Origin: a virus
Direction: 5' to 3' (one strand)
IMG/VR virus record: IMGVR_UViG_3300027844_002282
Length of the DNA: 64,000 nucleotides
Positions 43,590 through 53,261 of this stretch are shown here, piece after piece. Position 1 is the first letter of the stretch. Each line of letters starts with the position of its first letter. The notes under the pieces are model-generated. The model saw only the letters and a program-made list of their open reading frames with translations, was not told the origin of the DNA and did not search any database. A program made the position numbers and the translations under genes.

Positions 43590-43598
43590 GATTGCCTC

Positions 43599-43829
43599 CT
43601 AAACAATTCCTATTTTATCTTCAAGAAAGTCGAAAAGAGAATTGACATCTTCAAAAGCTCTGTCATAAGTCGAACCTTCAGATATCAAAGTGCAAGAGTC
43701 TTTAATGTCTTGTGTTAGATCTTCCCCCGTAGCCGCCTGAACGGACCTTGAAAGCCCGCCAATTGCCTTGCCAACATCATTGTTGACAAAGGTGAAAAGA
43801 TCATACTGGTTAACAAAAAAGCATCCCAC
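43599..43829 (-). CDS. Hypothetical protein
   Basis: 76 aa; GTG start overlaps the upstream stop. Confidence 0.6.
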   Translation of the reverse strand: MGCFFVNQYDLFTFVNNDVGKAIGGLSRSVQAATGEDLTQDIKDSCTLISEGSTYDRAFEDVNSLFDFLEDKIGIV

Positions 43830-44791
43830 TATTTTATCTTCTCCATTTCATCTTGTAAGCAATTAAAAAATAAATCCGAAACTAGTGGAGTCTTACTTGA
43901 CTTGACGGTGTCCCAACTTCTATCGTCTTTCTTTCCACGCTGAATAGCCTCTCTTCTGGAGGTGGTCTTATCAGCAAGGTGCTCGCCCGCCGTCTTTTCA
44001 GGAATAGACTCGTTGTTGTCTTTATCATCAAACATAGAGTGCTGCCCTTGCCCTATAGATCCATGTTGCTGCCCATGACCGGCACCTGTCAACTTTACTC
44101 CATCCTTGGCAATAATGCCAGGGTCTGGCAAGTTAGCTAACGTTTCCCTTTCCCATTCAGACTTGTCAAAAGCGATCTCCTTTCTTCTCGCCTCATTAGC
44201 CTCTCTAAGCTGAGCTACCGTAAGACTCTGATCAGGGGCTTTAATCTCTGGGTCTGCAATTGAGTTTTCGCCAGGTCTTACTCCAACAACTCTTTGCTCT
44301 TCGTAAGTCTCTCTTCCGTCAAGTCTGCCAACGGACCCGGCCTGTGATGGTTTGCCACTAATAGGCATCTTCTGAGAAGGTGTTACCTTATTCCAATCTT
44401 CATTTTTCTCAAAAGAAGATTCTGATGCGAACCCTTCTAATATTCCAAATGGATCTGGGGCCTCGGAGGCGTCTACTTCTGCCACCTTCACCTCTCTTTC
44501 GTTAGCGGATAAAGCGATCTCTTCTTTCGAGACTCCGATAACATCCTCGTCTCTCAAACCGCACAGTGATGCGTATTCTTTTAGCTCGCCCTGATTCTTG
44601 CTTGAAGAGTCAAAATAAAACGGCTTGCCATCTTTGGAACAAGCTTCTATTTTAGTTCTCGCGTCCACCAAATCATCATCGCTATTAACGATAACCGCAG
44701 AAGACACGTCATCTCCAATGTTTATAACAGCGGCGTTTGTCATCCAATCGGCCACTGATCCTTCAGAGTTTTTATTAAGTGGAATTGCCAT
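43829..44791 (-). CDS. Hypothetical acidic protein (putative head/core)
   Basis: 320 aa, RBS, upstream promoter motifs. Confidence 0.7.
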   Translation of the reverse strand: MAIPLNKNSEGSVADWMTNAAVINIGDDVSSAVIVNSDDDLVDARTKIEACSKDGKPFYFDSSSKNQGELKEYASLCGLRDEDVIGVSKEEIALSANEREVKVAEVDASEAPDPFGILEGFASESSFEKNEDWNKVTPSQKMPISGKPSQAGSVGRLDGRETYEEQRVVGVRPGENSIADPEIKAPDQSLTVAQLREANEARRKEIAFDKSEWERETLANLPDPGIIAKDGVKLTGAGHGQQHGSIGQGQHSMFDDKDNNESIPEKTAGEHLADKTTSRREAIQRGKKDDRSWDTVKSSKTPLVSDLFFNCLQDEMEKIK

Positions 44792-44880
44792 TTAGTCTCT
44801 CCTGTTTTAATTTCCTGGCTATTACTATGGTTGAATAAGCCATTAAAAAATCTTGTAAATCTATTATACCACGGGTTAAA

Positions 44881-44908
44881 CTACAATTTTTTTTAGTTGT
44901 TTCCCTTT
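44881..44908 (-). promoter_or_regulatory. AGG-N19-GTAG promoter-like motif, plus TGGTATAAT at about 44863-44871
   Basis: Minus strand aaAGG gaaacaactaaaaaaaatt GTAG. Confidence 0.5.
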
Positions 44909-44916
44909 ATACAGAC

Positions 44917-44950
44917 AAAAAAAAGGACCAGGTTTCCCTGGCCCTTTTTT
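44917..44950 (-). terminator. Intrinsic (possibly bidirectional) terminator
   Basis: aaaaaaaaggaccagg-tttc-cctggccctttttt. Confidence 0.85.
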
Positions 44951-44969
44951 CATATCATTCTTGGAATAA

Positions 44970-45641
44970 TTACTTATATTCCTTGAGCATCATACCAACC
45001 CACTCAGAGTCATAACCTAAAGTCTTAACCCAATAGGACTTCAACTTCTTTTTATTAGCTGGGGATAGTGTCGCGATTTTAACAAACCTTTCGCTACTCG
45101 CTTCAACAGACGCTGTTTCATCAGAGTACACACCCGCTTCCGCTTCTGGCTCTTCAATCTCTACGACGACCGCTGAATCGCCAGGCTCATCAATGTCGAT
45201 AGCGTCTTCTTCAACAGAAACCGGAACTTCCGCTATTTCATCGTCGCCTTCAACCGTTGCTCCAGCATCGGTCAACGCCTCGGCTGCGTTATCAAGGATG
45301 TCCTGCGCGTCCGCAACCGCTTCGGCTGCTTCGTCAAGGGGATCTCCGCCAAGTTCGGCATCATCGAGATCGTCAATGTCGTCGCCTTCACCGCCAATCT
45401 CGTCTGAAATAGGCGCGTCTTCCAACCCTGGTTCTCCATCGACAACCACTGCCTCTTCAACAGCCACGTCTTCCGGCGGCTCGACCTCAAAAGAAAACTG
45501 TGCAAGCTTTCTTAAATCGTCCGTAGACATAGCGTCAACGCCGATCTTCTCTATATTATCTTCTGTTGAAACAACCTCTTCACCAGGAACGTTATCGGTC
45601 CAGGATCTGTTCTTTCCGCCAGCTGAAAAAATCTTACTCAT
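44970..45641 (-). CDS. Highly acidic scaffold/core-like protein
   Basis: Likely start MSKIFS at 45641 (GGAGG); D/E-rich core flanked by LRKLAQ and FVKIAT; own promoter and terminator. Confidence 0.7.
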   Translation of the reverse strand: MSKIFSAGGKNRSWTDNVPGEEVVSTEDNIEKIGVDAMSTDDLRKLAQFSFEVEPPEDVAVEEAVVVDGEPGLEDAPISDEIGGEGDDIDDLDDAELGGDPLDEAAEAVADAQDILDNAAEALTDAGATVEGDDEIAEVPVSVEEDAIDIDEPGDSAVVVEIEEPEAEAGVYSDETASVEASSERFVKIATLSPANKKKLKSYWVKTLGYDSEWVGMMLKEYK

Positions 45642-45705
45642 ATTAATCCCTCCATTAGATTGCAATTAATTATTGATTCAAAATCAAACCAACATTAATT
45701 CCCCT

Positions 45706-45733
45706 ATTCTTAAATGCTCAACGATTTCCCTCT
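45706..45733 (-). promoter_or_regulatory. AGG-N19-GAAT promoter-like motif
   Basis: Minus strand agAGG gaaatcgttgagcatttaa GAAT. Confidence 0.65.
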
Positions 45734-45755
45734 ATAAAGAGAGAATAATTTCTAT

Positions 45756-46514
45756 CTACTGAACTTCCACAATGCCGTTTTCATAAACGGTAGCAAAATA
45801 ACCAACGAAGTTTACACCATCTATATCATAGTCTGAAGACGAATTGATCGTTTCGTCAATGGTTAAATCTATAGGGCTTTCTTCCTCTAAAGTATATTCT
45901 GTATCGTGAATATACAAAAGACTCCATTCACTTGATAAATTAAGCTCTGAAATCGTATTTAGAGGTGTTATATGAAGATTCGCCACATCATCAGAATAAA
46001 TAAAGTTTGAAACGCCGTCTTCTGTCCAAACTTGAGACCCCTTAGATTCATAAAATCCTGGAGACGTGACTGTTACAGATGCTATTCCGGTAAACAAAGA
46101 CAGTTCTTCTCCGTCGAGGTTTATATCTGATAGGATAAGCCCTCCACCACCCCCAACAAAAGATAAAATGTTGGCCCTAATGAGAGGGGAGAGATTGTTG
46201 TCTATCCCAAAAAACAACACCGCGTCGAAACCCTGAATATATTCAAGTGTTGAGAGATCTTCGATAGCCCCTCTCGTAACATTTATATCATCTACATTAT
46301 CTACGATACCGACACTTCCATCATCTACGCCATCCACTATCACTAATGCATTTATTACCCCCTCGTCGCTTATTGATGATGCGAACTGGAAGCACCTCTC
46401 CACCAATGATGGCGGAAAAGAGGCGTTGTCTGTATTAATATTTGCAAATCGGCTGCAAATTAACAGAATATTACCTTGCTGATAGTCTAATGATGATATA
46501 ATTGAAAATTTCAT
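45756..46514 (-). CDS. Hypothetical virion protein (possible class I glutamine-amidotransferase-like fold)
   Basis: Likely start MKFSII at 46514; FDAVLFFG...ILSFVGGGGGLILSD pattern. Confidence 0.55.
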   Translation of the reverse strand: MKFSIISSLDYQQGNILLICSRFANINTDNASFPPSLVERCFQFASSISDEGVINALVIVDGVDDGSVGIVDNVDDINVTRGAIEDLSTLEYIQGFDAVLFFGIDNNLSPLIRANILSFVGGGGGLILSDINLDGEELSLFTGIASVTVTSPGFYESKGSQVWTEDGVSNFIYSDDVANLHITPLNTISELNLSSEWSLLYIHDTEYTLEEESPIDLTIDETINSSSDYDIDGVNFVGYFATVYENGIVEVQ

Positions 46515-46515
46515 G

Positions 46516-47490
46516 TTAGTCCAATACGTTATCCGAATCTGCACCAAGCAAAAACGCTATTTCCTGTACTACTGGAACGCTAACGTCGCTATAAGACGAT
46601 AGTTTTATCCCTACTTTGACCGAGCTTCCCCATGTGGTTGAAAGATCTTCCACTTTATCAAGATCAATGATCTTATAATCCTGCCAATTGGAACTGTTCC
46701 CGCTCGTTACCCCAAATCTTATTTCTGTATTTTCAGGTATAGATGTGGATGCGGTCAAAAGCATATCGTCTACATTTGAATTCTTTTCTATCTTTATCTT
46801 CCTCGTGAAGAAGAAAACAGAGTGTTTTCCGCCATAGGTTATTATGAATTCACTAACTATTGGGTTCTCAATGGTTGTTTCTGTTTCGAGATCTACCTTA
46901 AACATCATGAATCTGCCTTTAAGGTTGAATCTATCCAAATCTTTATTAACAACAAACGTGCTTGGCAAGGCATATCCGCCATAAGCGACTTCGGCCTCTT
47001 CTGAAATGTAATACTCCCAATCTTTTGCAATAACATCCGCCTCCGTCTCGGCTACCTTGAGCGCCACAACGACTCTTCCATGACTACTATTTTGTGTCCA
47101 TGTTATAGACTTCCAGAATCCGAAGTCTTCATCGGCTTTAAGAACGTCAGATGTATACACAGCCGTAGCCCTGGTGTTTTTTGACACTCTAAACGAATCG
47201 GTATTCTCTTCTATAATATCGAACCCGGTGCCTATTCCACTCGACTTTACAATAGCGTTGTACAGATCATAATAAATAGAAGTGTTTGCTACGGATGAGA
47301 TGTCGCCCTCTCCATTAACGATCTGAGCGAACACATAATTAAGGCCTTTACCGAACGGGTTTATTGGAAGCTCGTTAATATTACTTACCACGCCTTCCTC
47401 TGAAAATATAAACACTTCTCCCGCGCCATGAAAATATTTCACGTCGGTTATGTTCCCATTTTGGGACTTAAAAATTGGTCTGAAACTCAT
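46516..47490 (-). CDS. Beta-rich putative virion structural protein
   Basis: GRFMMFKVDL...P.VSEF and VKVGIKL...PVVQE repeats; coupled operon. Confidence 0.6.
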   Translation of the reverse strand: MSFRPIFKSQNGNITDVKYFHGAGEVFIFSEEGVVSNINELPINPFGKGLNYVFAQIVNGEGDISSVANTSIYYDLYNAIVKSSGIGTGFDIIEENTDSFRVSKNTRATAVYTSDVLKADEDFGFWKSITWTQNSSHGRVVVALKVAETEADVIAKDWEYYISEEAEVAYGGYALPSTFVVNKDLDRFNLKGRFMMFKVDLETETTIENPIVSEFIITYGGKHSVFFFTRKIKIEKNSNVDDMLLTASTSIPENTEIRFGVTSGNSSNWQDYKIIDLDKVEDLSTTWGSSVKVGIKLSSYSDVSVPVVQEIAFLLGADSDNVLD

Positions 47491-48419
47491 TATAAATAAT
47501 AAACCTGGTCAAGTTTTCCTGGTCTAACGCTATATCCGCTATCGTTAACAATTACTTCGTCTTCCTCGCCAAGGAATAGTTTCCCTGTCGAAGTGTCAAA
47601 GCCAACGTATATAAAACTACCATAATTCAAGCTTTCTGACAGGACATACCCCTGTGTTAATATGCCATTGAATATTCCAGCTCCGTCTGTACTTACCCCA
47701 CCCTTTTTGACAAACTTGCCGGATGATACGAGCATCAATCTCGACACAAACGTTACCGGTGTGAAAACATCTAAAGAAACTGGTGGTGAAGATACGATAA
47801 GGGTTCTGTCTTCGTCAAAATACCACTTCAAAGTGAGCGAAAATAACATTGTTAGAACGCCATAATTTCCAGTGTCTATAACCGACTTGTTAATCGACGA
47901 GCCAGGCGATATTGTAGAGGCGGAAATAGCAAAGGGGGTATTATAATCGCTTGAGTATGTAACGTCGCAGCTTAAAGACGGATAGTACGATGTCCCTGAC
48001 ACAACTTCAGCATCAAATTTTGACAGTCCGCCTGACACATATATCGATATATCAGTATCGTCGAAGTCCCATGGCGTTTGTCTTAGGTCTAACGCCTCTC
48101 CATTGTTTGCACTTTTAGACGCGACCTCGTCTAACCAGGACTTCATACTAAATTGAGAGGTAAATACACTTGTTGAGTCGGGAATTATCTCATACAAGAG
48201 CTTCTTCCCATCCCCAACGTATCCAATAAACTCTTCATCAGAGTGGTCTATATCTAATAAGAAGTCCCCATCAGTCTTGTAGAACGCTCTCTTTATAGTT
48301 TTGGTTCCGGTTTCAAGAAACGTCACCGATGCGGTTTGGCTCTCCACAAGAGAAAGGTTCCTACTACCTATTTCAAATGGAACTGGATACTGTTCTGGGT
48401 CTTGGACTAAATTAATCAT
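47490..48419 (-). CDS. Hypothetical virion structural protein
   Basis: 309 aa, beta-rich, overlapping start/stop with neighbours. Confidence 0.6.
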   Translation of the reverse strand: MINLVQDPEQYPVPFEIGSRNLSLVESQTASVTFLETGTKTIKRAFYKTDGDFLLDIDHSDEEFIGYVGDGKKLLYEIIPDSTSVFTSQFSMKSWLDEVASKSANNGEALDLRQTPWDFDDTDISIYVSGGLSKFDAEVVSGTSYYPSLSCDVTYSSDYNTPFAISASTISPGSSINKSVIDTGNYGVLTMLFSLTLKWYFDEDRTLIVSSPPVSLDVFTPVTFVSRLMLVSSGKFVKKGGVSTDGAGIFNGILTQGYVLSESLNYGSFIYVGFDTSTGKLFLGEEDEVIVNDSGYSVRPGKLDQVYYL

Positions 48420-49218
48420 TTGCCCCCTCCATTATATAAACCATGTCATCTACGGCCACCAAAAGCTGGTCTGCCCCAACGACATCAAGAGATCGTATCT
48501 TCTCGCCTTCCCACTGTCCTGCGATCTTCACATCTGTCCCGTCATATTCATAGAGATTACACCTGTTCTCCGGGGCAAAGTAAAGCTTATCATCAAATGA
48601 TACTGCACAGGAAAACGAGACATCAAAGTTTTCGTTCTTTTCAAGAGTAGCCAAGGATGTTGTGACCTTTGAAAATGTTGAAATAGAGAAAAAATCATCC
48701 CCATCCTTTAGCATGGACCAGCCACTCGAATTCAAAACTGGAATAGACTCTATCCCCTCGACAAAAACATATAAAGAACCCCCATGAGAAACCATTGCTT
48801 TAATCCCCCCACCATATGCGTCATACTCCATTCTCCAATCAGTTCCGTCAAATGATAATATTAGCCCGCTCGGAGAAGTCCCAGCATAAAGTTTGTTATC
48901 ATGAACTTCGAATGCTGTTACTTTGTAATCTCCAGTGGTTACATAATGGAATCTATTTCCAGTGTTGAAATTGTGCATCATTATCCTACCATTTGGAGAG
49001 GTTCCAACGAATAAGGCGTTTCCATAGTCGGCAATCGCCGTGGCATACATGTCTCCCACCTTGTAAAACTCCAAATTAGATGTCCCGTCAAGGGTTCTAT
49101 AAACAATACCCTCTGGACCGGTCCCTACATATAGGTATCTACCAAAAACATGGGTTGATTGAATAACTCTGTTATCAACTGATTTATACTTGGCTATGAT
49201 TGTTCTTGTTGTAATCAT
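48412..49218 (-). CDS. Beta-propeller repeat protein
   Basis: Repeats LYVGTGPEGIVY / LFVGTSPNGRIM / LYAGTSPSGLIL. Confidence 0.75.
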   Translation of the reverse strand: MITTRTIIAKYKSVDNRVIQSTHVFGRYLYVGTGPEGIVYRTLDGTSNLEFYKVGDMYATAIADYGNALFVGTSPNGRIMMHNFNTGNRFHYVTTGDYKVTAFEVHDNKLYAGTSPSGLILSFDGTDWRMEYDAYGGGIKAMVSHGGSLYVFVEGIESIPVLNSSGWSMLKDGDDFFSISTFSKVTTSLATLEKNENFDVSFSCAVSFDDKLYFAPENRCNLYEYDGTDVKIAGQWEGEKIRSLDVVGADQLLVAVDDMVYIMEGAND

Positions 49219-50978
49219 TATATTTTCGCGGCCTCAAATGTTTTATCTTGATAATCAGTTGGGTCTCTATCCGAGCCCGAACCATTAAAATCAAAGTAAG
49301 AGGAGTTCTCTCCTCCTCCAGAAAGATCCACATTTCTCTTATCAACCTTATACGCACCATGTCTCAAGTCTGTTACAGTAATATTATCAACTGAAAAGTC
49401 AGCGGTGAAGCCCCCTACAATACTCGCGCTAACACCTTCGTTTCTTGCGGTCGCAGAAAACGTCCCGTTAAAATAAACGCCACTATCATAGTCGAAGCTC
49501 AAAATATTTATTCCAGGATTACTAACTCTATTTACCATCGCTCTAAGATTAGTATTGTCTATTGCCACAAAACTATCCTGGTTATACCCTCTTCTTACGT
49601 AGATTCGATCTATATTCACCATTATATTAGAGGAGAAATTAGGCTCGAAGGCTTTATTGAATGAGTACACTCTTCCATCAGAATACGCCGTTACTATATC
49701 CCTTGTGTTTACATTTAACCCAAACCCAACGAACCCAGATGATAAAGTTAGGGCCTTAATAACAGCATTGCCTCTAACCACATATATCTTTTGATCATAT
49801 GGAGAGTGGACATAAACGTCTCCATTGATGGCGACCTCAAGATACCCAGACCTACTTATTGGTTTGTTTACCAATAAGTTTCCGTCTGAGTCATAATGTC
49901 TAATCCTATTATAGCCAACATCCGAAACCCAGCAAGATCCATCGAGTCCCAATTTTACAAATCCCGGATTGCTGAATCCAGAAGAAATGGTAAAGACAGT
50001 ATTCATATTTTCATCAAGCTTCACCAGACTTGTCTTATTAATCACCCAGACGCCATCACAGGTTGAATCGTCATAATATAAAGACTTTGGGTAGTCCAGA
50101 CCATCCTTTTGTATAAGGGCTATCGATTTTGGTTCTTCAAATAAATCTGACTTGGCTGATATTTTTGATCTGGTAACATCAAACTTCATAACCCGACCAG
50201 CCTTGTATCCGTCCCCAAAATATGAAGAGAAGTATATGTCACCTGTTATGTCACAAATCTCAAGACATGATTCCGAATCGGCGAAGCATTTTATTTCCTC
50301 AACAAAAGTGGGGCCTTTATATAACCCATTGCCAAAAAACAAGCTCCCATTTTTCCCAACCAAAACCGCTTCATCAAGACTAAATCTAAAGTGGGTTAGG
50401 CTGGACACCGAATCGTTTTTTCCAACAGGAACATTTGAGTAGGTAACTATATCGTCGATATTACACTGTAGGTTAAAATCTACGGTCTTCGAGTCAAGTG
50501 AGAAGAAATCCAAGTCAGATATTGTCTCTGAATATATGTTAAAATTACCAGACGCTGTACATTCATCGTTAACAAATATAGCCATAGTTGCGCCTGACCC
50601 AAGAATTAAACCTGAACTATCCCAATAAAACTCAACGATGAATGACGTGTCTGAAGATATTGACGTTTTAGTATCGACTATTACAAACTTTCCATTTCGA
50701 GTCCATAATGTAAGAATTATTCCTTCGTCTGACAATGAAGCGTAAACCCCTGGGAAGTCGATAAATTGCGCCTTCTGGTTAGTTCCGAACAAAATATAAT
50801 CTGTAAGATACTTCTCACCATCGCATAAAGCATACACCCCATTTGATATGGCGTTTGGAAGAGTTAATTGTAATAGGACCCCTCCAGACGAAAACGTGAA
50901 CAACTCTGATGCGTCATCATTATAAATGAACGTGTCAGAGTACTCAGTCTTTTTAATACTGTTTTTATTTGTTTCCAT
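49218..50978 (-). CDS. LamG-like + NHL/beta-propeller protein
   Basis: YWDSSG...AIFVND...IDDIV (ConA-like); DGSCWVSDVGYNRIRHYDSDG (NHL-like). Confidence 0.6.
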   Translation of the reverse strand: METNKNSIKKTEYSDTFIYNDDASELFTFSSGGVLLQLTLPNAISNGVYALCDGEKYLTDYILFGTNQKAQFIDFPGVYASLSDEGIILTLWTRNGKFVIVDTKTSISSDTSFIVEFYWDSSGLILGSGATMAIFVNDECTASGNFNIYSETISDLDFFSLDSKTVDFNLQCNIDDIVTYSNVPVGKNDSVSSLTHFRFSLDEAVLVGKNGSLFFGNGLYKGPTFVEEIKCFADSESCLEICDITGDIYFSSYFGDGYKAGRVMKFDVTRSKISAKSDLFEEPKSIALIQKDGLDYPKSLYYDDSTCDGVWVINKTSLVKLDENMNTVFTISSGFSNPGFVKLGLDGSCWVSDVGYNRIRHYDSDGNLLVNKPISRSGYLEVAINGDVYVHSPYDQKIYVVRGNAVIKALTLSSGFVGFGLNVNTRDIVTAYSDGRVYSFNKAFEPNFSSNIMVNIDRIYVRRGYNQDSFVAIDNTNLRAMVNRVSNPGINILSFDYDSGVYFNGTFSATARNEGVSASIVGGFTADFSVDNITVTDLRHGAYKVDKRNVDLSGGGENSSYFDFNGSGSDRDPTDYQDKTFEAAKI

Positions 50979-50985
50979 TATTTAC

Positions 50986-53253
50986 CTAACTTGAACTTGA
51001 ACTACTTGAGCAACTACTTGAACATGATGTCCATGTTCCAGAGTTCAAAAATTTACCGGACCCGTTATTATACAAAGATCTGGCCATTGCTGCACAGGCT
51101 CGCTCATTTGACAGAGTGGGCTCTTTCCAAACTGCCACCTCATCCATTGTGACATCAAAATTTGACCAATTCCCATGTAAAAGGAATGGGCACGAACTCT
51201 CACTTATAGTCCCATCATAAGATTTGCTCTCCTTCAAAACGCCATCTATATAAAGATGTATATTACTACCGTCTGCCACACCAAAGATATGATGAAAAAC
51301 GTCTTCGGTAACCTCATGATTACCCATTGATGAATAAGTCAAATCTGATTGTCTAATCAGCCAACTAACTCTAAAATGCTGTGAAGAACTCCCATTAAAT
51401 GTAAAGTGGTAACTGCTAAGTTTACCCTCTGAAGATCCACCAGAACCAGAATTGTAATGTTGTTTTACCCACATTGAAATAGCAACCTTATTGGTGGCGG
51501 ATAAATCAATGGAGTCCGGTGCCATCAGACTCGCCGCAGCTCTACCAGTTGGCCCTGGCCCGCGACGGCCTGCGCTTTCACTAAACAAGGATGCGTTGCC
51601 CTCTTTGCCGGAAACTGCGTCAATGGTCTCATTGTCTATTAAATCATTCGACCCTACCGAGTCGAACCTCCTACCAGTCGTTTCCTCCATATCCCAATAC
51701 GCCACTAATTTTGAATCCTGGTCTGTAATGTTGGTACAAAAATTCGTTGAGCTACTCGAACTCGCGCTACTTACAGAGCTTGTGCTGGTACTAACATAGC
51801 TTGAATATGAAGGACTTGATGGGCTAAGCCAACTCGAACACGAACAGCTACTACTGCTGCTTGAGGAGCTTGAGCAAGAACAGCTTGAACTACTCAACCA
51901 GCTTGAGCAACTACTCGAACTACTCGCTACTGTACCATGCTCGAATCTCCAAAATATATGTACTTTTTCATCCCCATCATAGTTTTCACCAGACGTGAAT
52001 GTTATCTTAATATCCTTTGAATCATCAAACCCAAAATTTCCAGGTGGGTGAATACTTCCATTTTCATATAGATCAAACTTACTTCTATCAAGAGTCTCGG
52101 CGGTGTTGGCATAATCAATCAGACCGTCAAAAAATGGATTCAACTTTGTAAAATCATTCAATAATCCATCGTCAAAATATTCTGATAATACCGGGCTTGT
52201 TCCGACAATCACATGTGCATCATACCTGTCTGGGAAAGTTCCCGCCGATATCTCAATAAATGATGACGTGTTGAAAGATCTACCTGGAGTCTTTATAAAA
52301 TCAGACGACTGTAGAACTTTTGCTATCCAAGTCGTGTTCCCACCATCCCAATAAGCCCTGTAAACGGCGAACAGGGCCGTTTTTGTATCTATTGATGGTG
52401 AAATAAAAACCATTTTATTTCCGTACAAGGAGCCGAGTGGTCCGTCCTCACCAAACCCTACAAAAGACGATCCGTCAAAATAAGTGAACCCAGTCGGAGA
52501 ATCTCCAGAATCTCTGTACATCAATGGTGTAACCAAACTTCCAGTATAATCGGAAACGTCTCCAGATGATCCTATATAAATCTCATAATGGATATTAGAA
52601 GACGGTGGCCAGGTGTTAAAGTAATCGCTTATTTCCGGTAGAAGATCTACGGATAATGGTGACGTTCTGTTTTCTCCAGTATTAGAAAAGGTGCTTGCAT
52701 ACAGGTTTATTTTTTTGCCAGAATAACTAGAATACTCGTTAGACAGTGTTATATCACCGCCAGATACTGTGCAGCCCCTCGATCTATGGAATAAGTACAA
52801 GTCCTGAGTGAAATCAATTGTCAAATCTGTTGCTATAAATTTAGACTTTAATAGCCTTGTAGTATGCCATGATGTATACCCCTCTCCAGGCAGGGAGTAT
52901 ATCTTATCATATTCTATTGCCCAGCCATCTATATCTATAGATTCAAACTTATACAAAACATCGGCGGTCAACTCTCCATCCAGAACAAAATCCTGATTAT
53001 ATGTGAGAACATACTCAATATGGGCATAAGAATACCCAATTGGGACATCTGGCAAATCTGTTTCCAGAATTAATATGGTACTGTCTGAATAATAAGGTGG
53101 CGTAATACTAGATTTCGCCCATGACGAAACATCAATATATTTTCTTGGGTTCGATCTATAAATGGTCCCCTCACTATTCAATGTCAAGTCCACATCGCCA
53201 GAATCCACCCCTACAATATGTCCAAAATGCTTGTTTAGTTTTACTTTCTTCAT
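50986..53253 (-). CDS. Fibre-like protein with Ser/Cys tracts and C-terminal LamG domain
   Basis: Likely start MKKVKLNK at 53253; LVAYWDMEE...AISMWVK...FHHI...LYIDG...MDEVAVW; Ser tracts before and after LamG. Confidence 0.75.
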   Translation of the reverse strand: MKKVKLNKHFGHIVGVDSGDVDLTLNSEGTIYRSNPRKYIDVSSWAKSSITPPYYSDSTILILETDLPDVPIGYSYAHIEYVLTYNQDFVLDGELTADVLYKFESIDIDGWAIEYDKIYSLPGEGYTSWHTTRLLKSKFIATDLTIDFTQDLYLFHRSRGCTVSGGDITLSNEYSSYSGKKINLYASTFSNTGENRTSPLSVDLLPEISDYFNTWPPSSNIHYEIYIGSSGDVSDYTGSLVTPLMYRDSGDSPTGFTYFDGSSFVGFGEDGPLGSLYGNKMVFISPSIDTKTALFAVYRAYWDGGNTTWIAKVLQSSDFIKTPGRSFNTSSFIEISAGTFPDRYDAHVIVGTSPVLSEYFDDGLLNDFTKLNPFFDGLIDYANTAETLDRSKFDLYENGSIHPPGNFGFDDSKDIKITFTSGENYDGDEKVHIFWRFEHGTVASSSSSCSSWLSSSSCSCSSSSSSSSSCSCSSWLSPSSPSYSSYVSTSTSSVSSASSSSSTNFCTNITDQDSKLVAYWDMEETTGRRFDSVGSNDLIDNETIDAVSGKEGNASLFSESAGRRGPGPTGRAAASLMAPDSIDLSATNKVAISMWVKQHYNSGSGGSSEGKLSSYHFTFNGSSSQHFRVSWLIRQSDLTYSSMGNHEVTEDVFHHIFGVADGSNIHLYIDGVLKESKSYDGTISESSCPFLLHGNWSNFDVTMDEVAVWKEPTLSNERACAAMARSLYNNGSGKFLNSGTWTSCSSSCSSSSSSS

Positions 53254-53261
53254 TATTACCC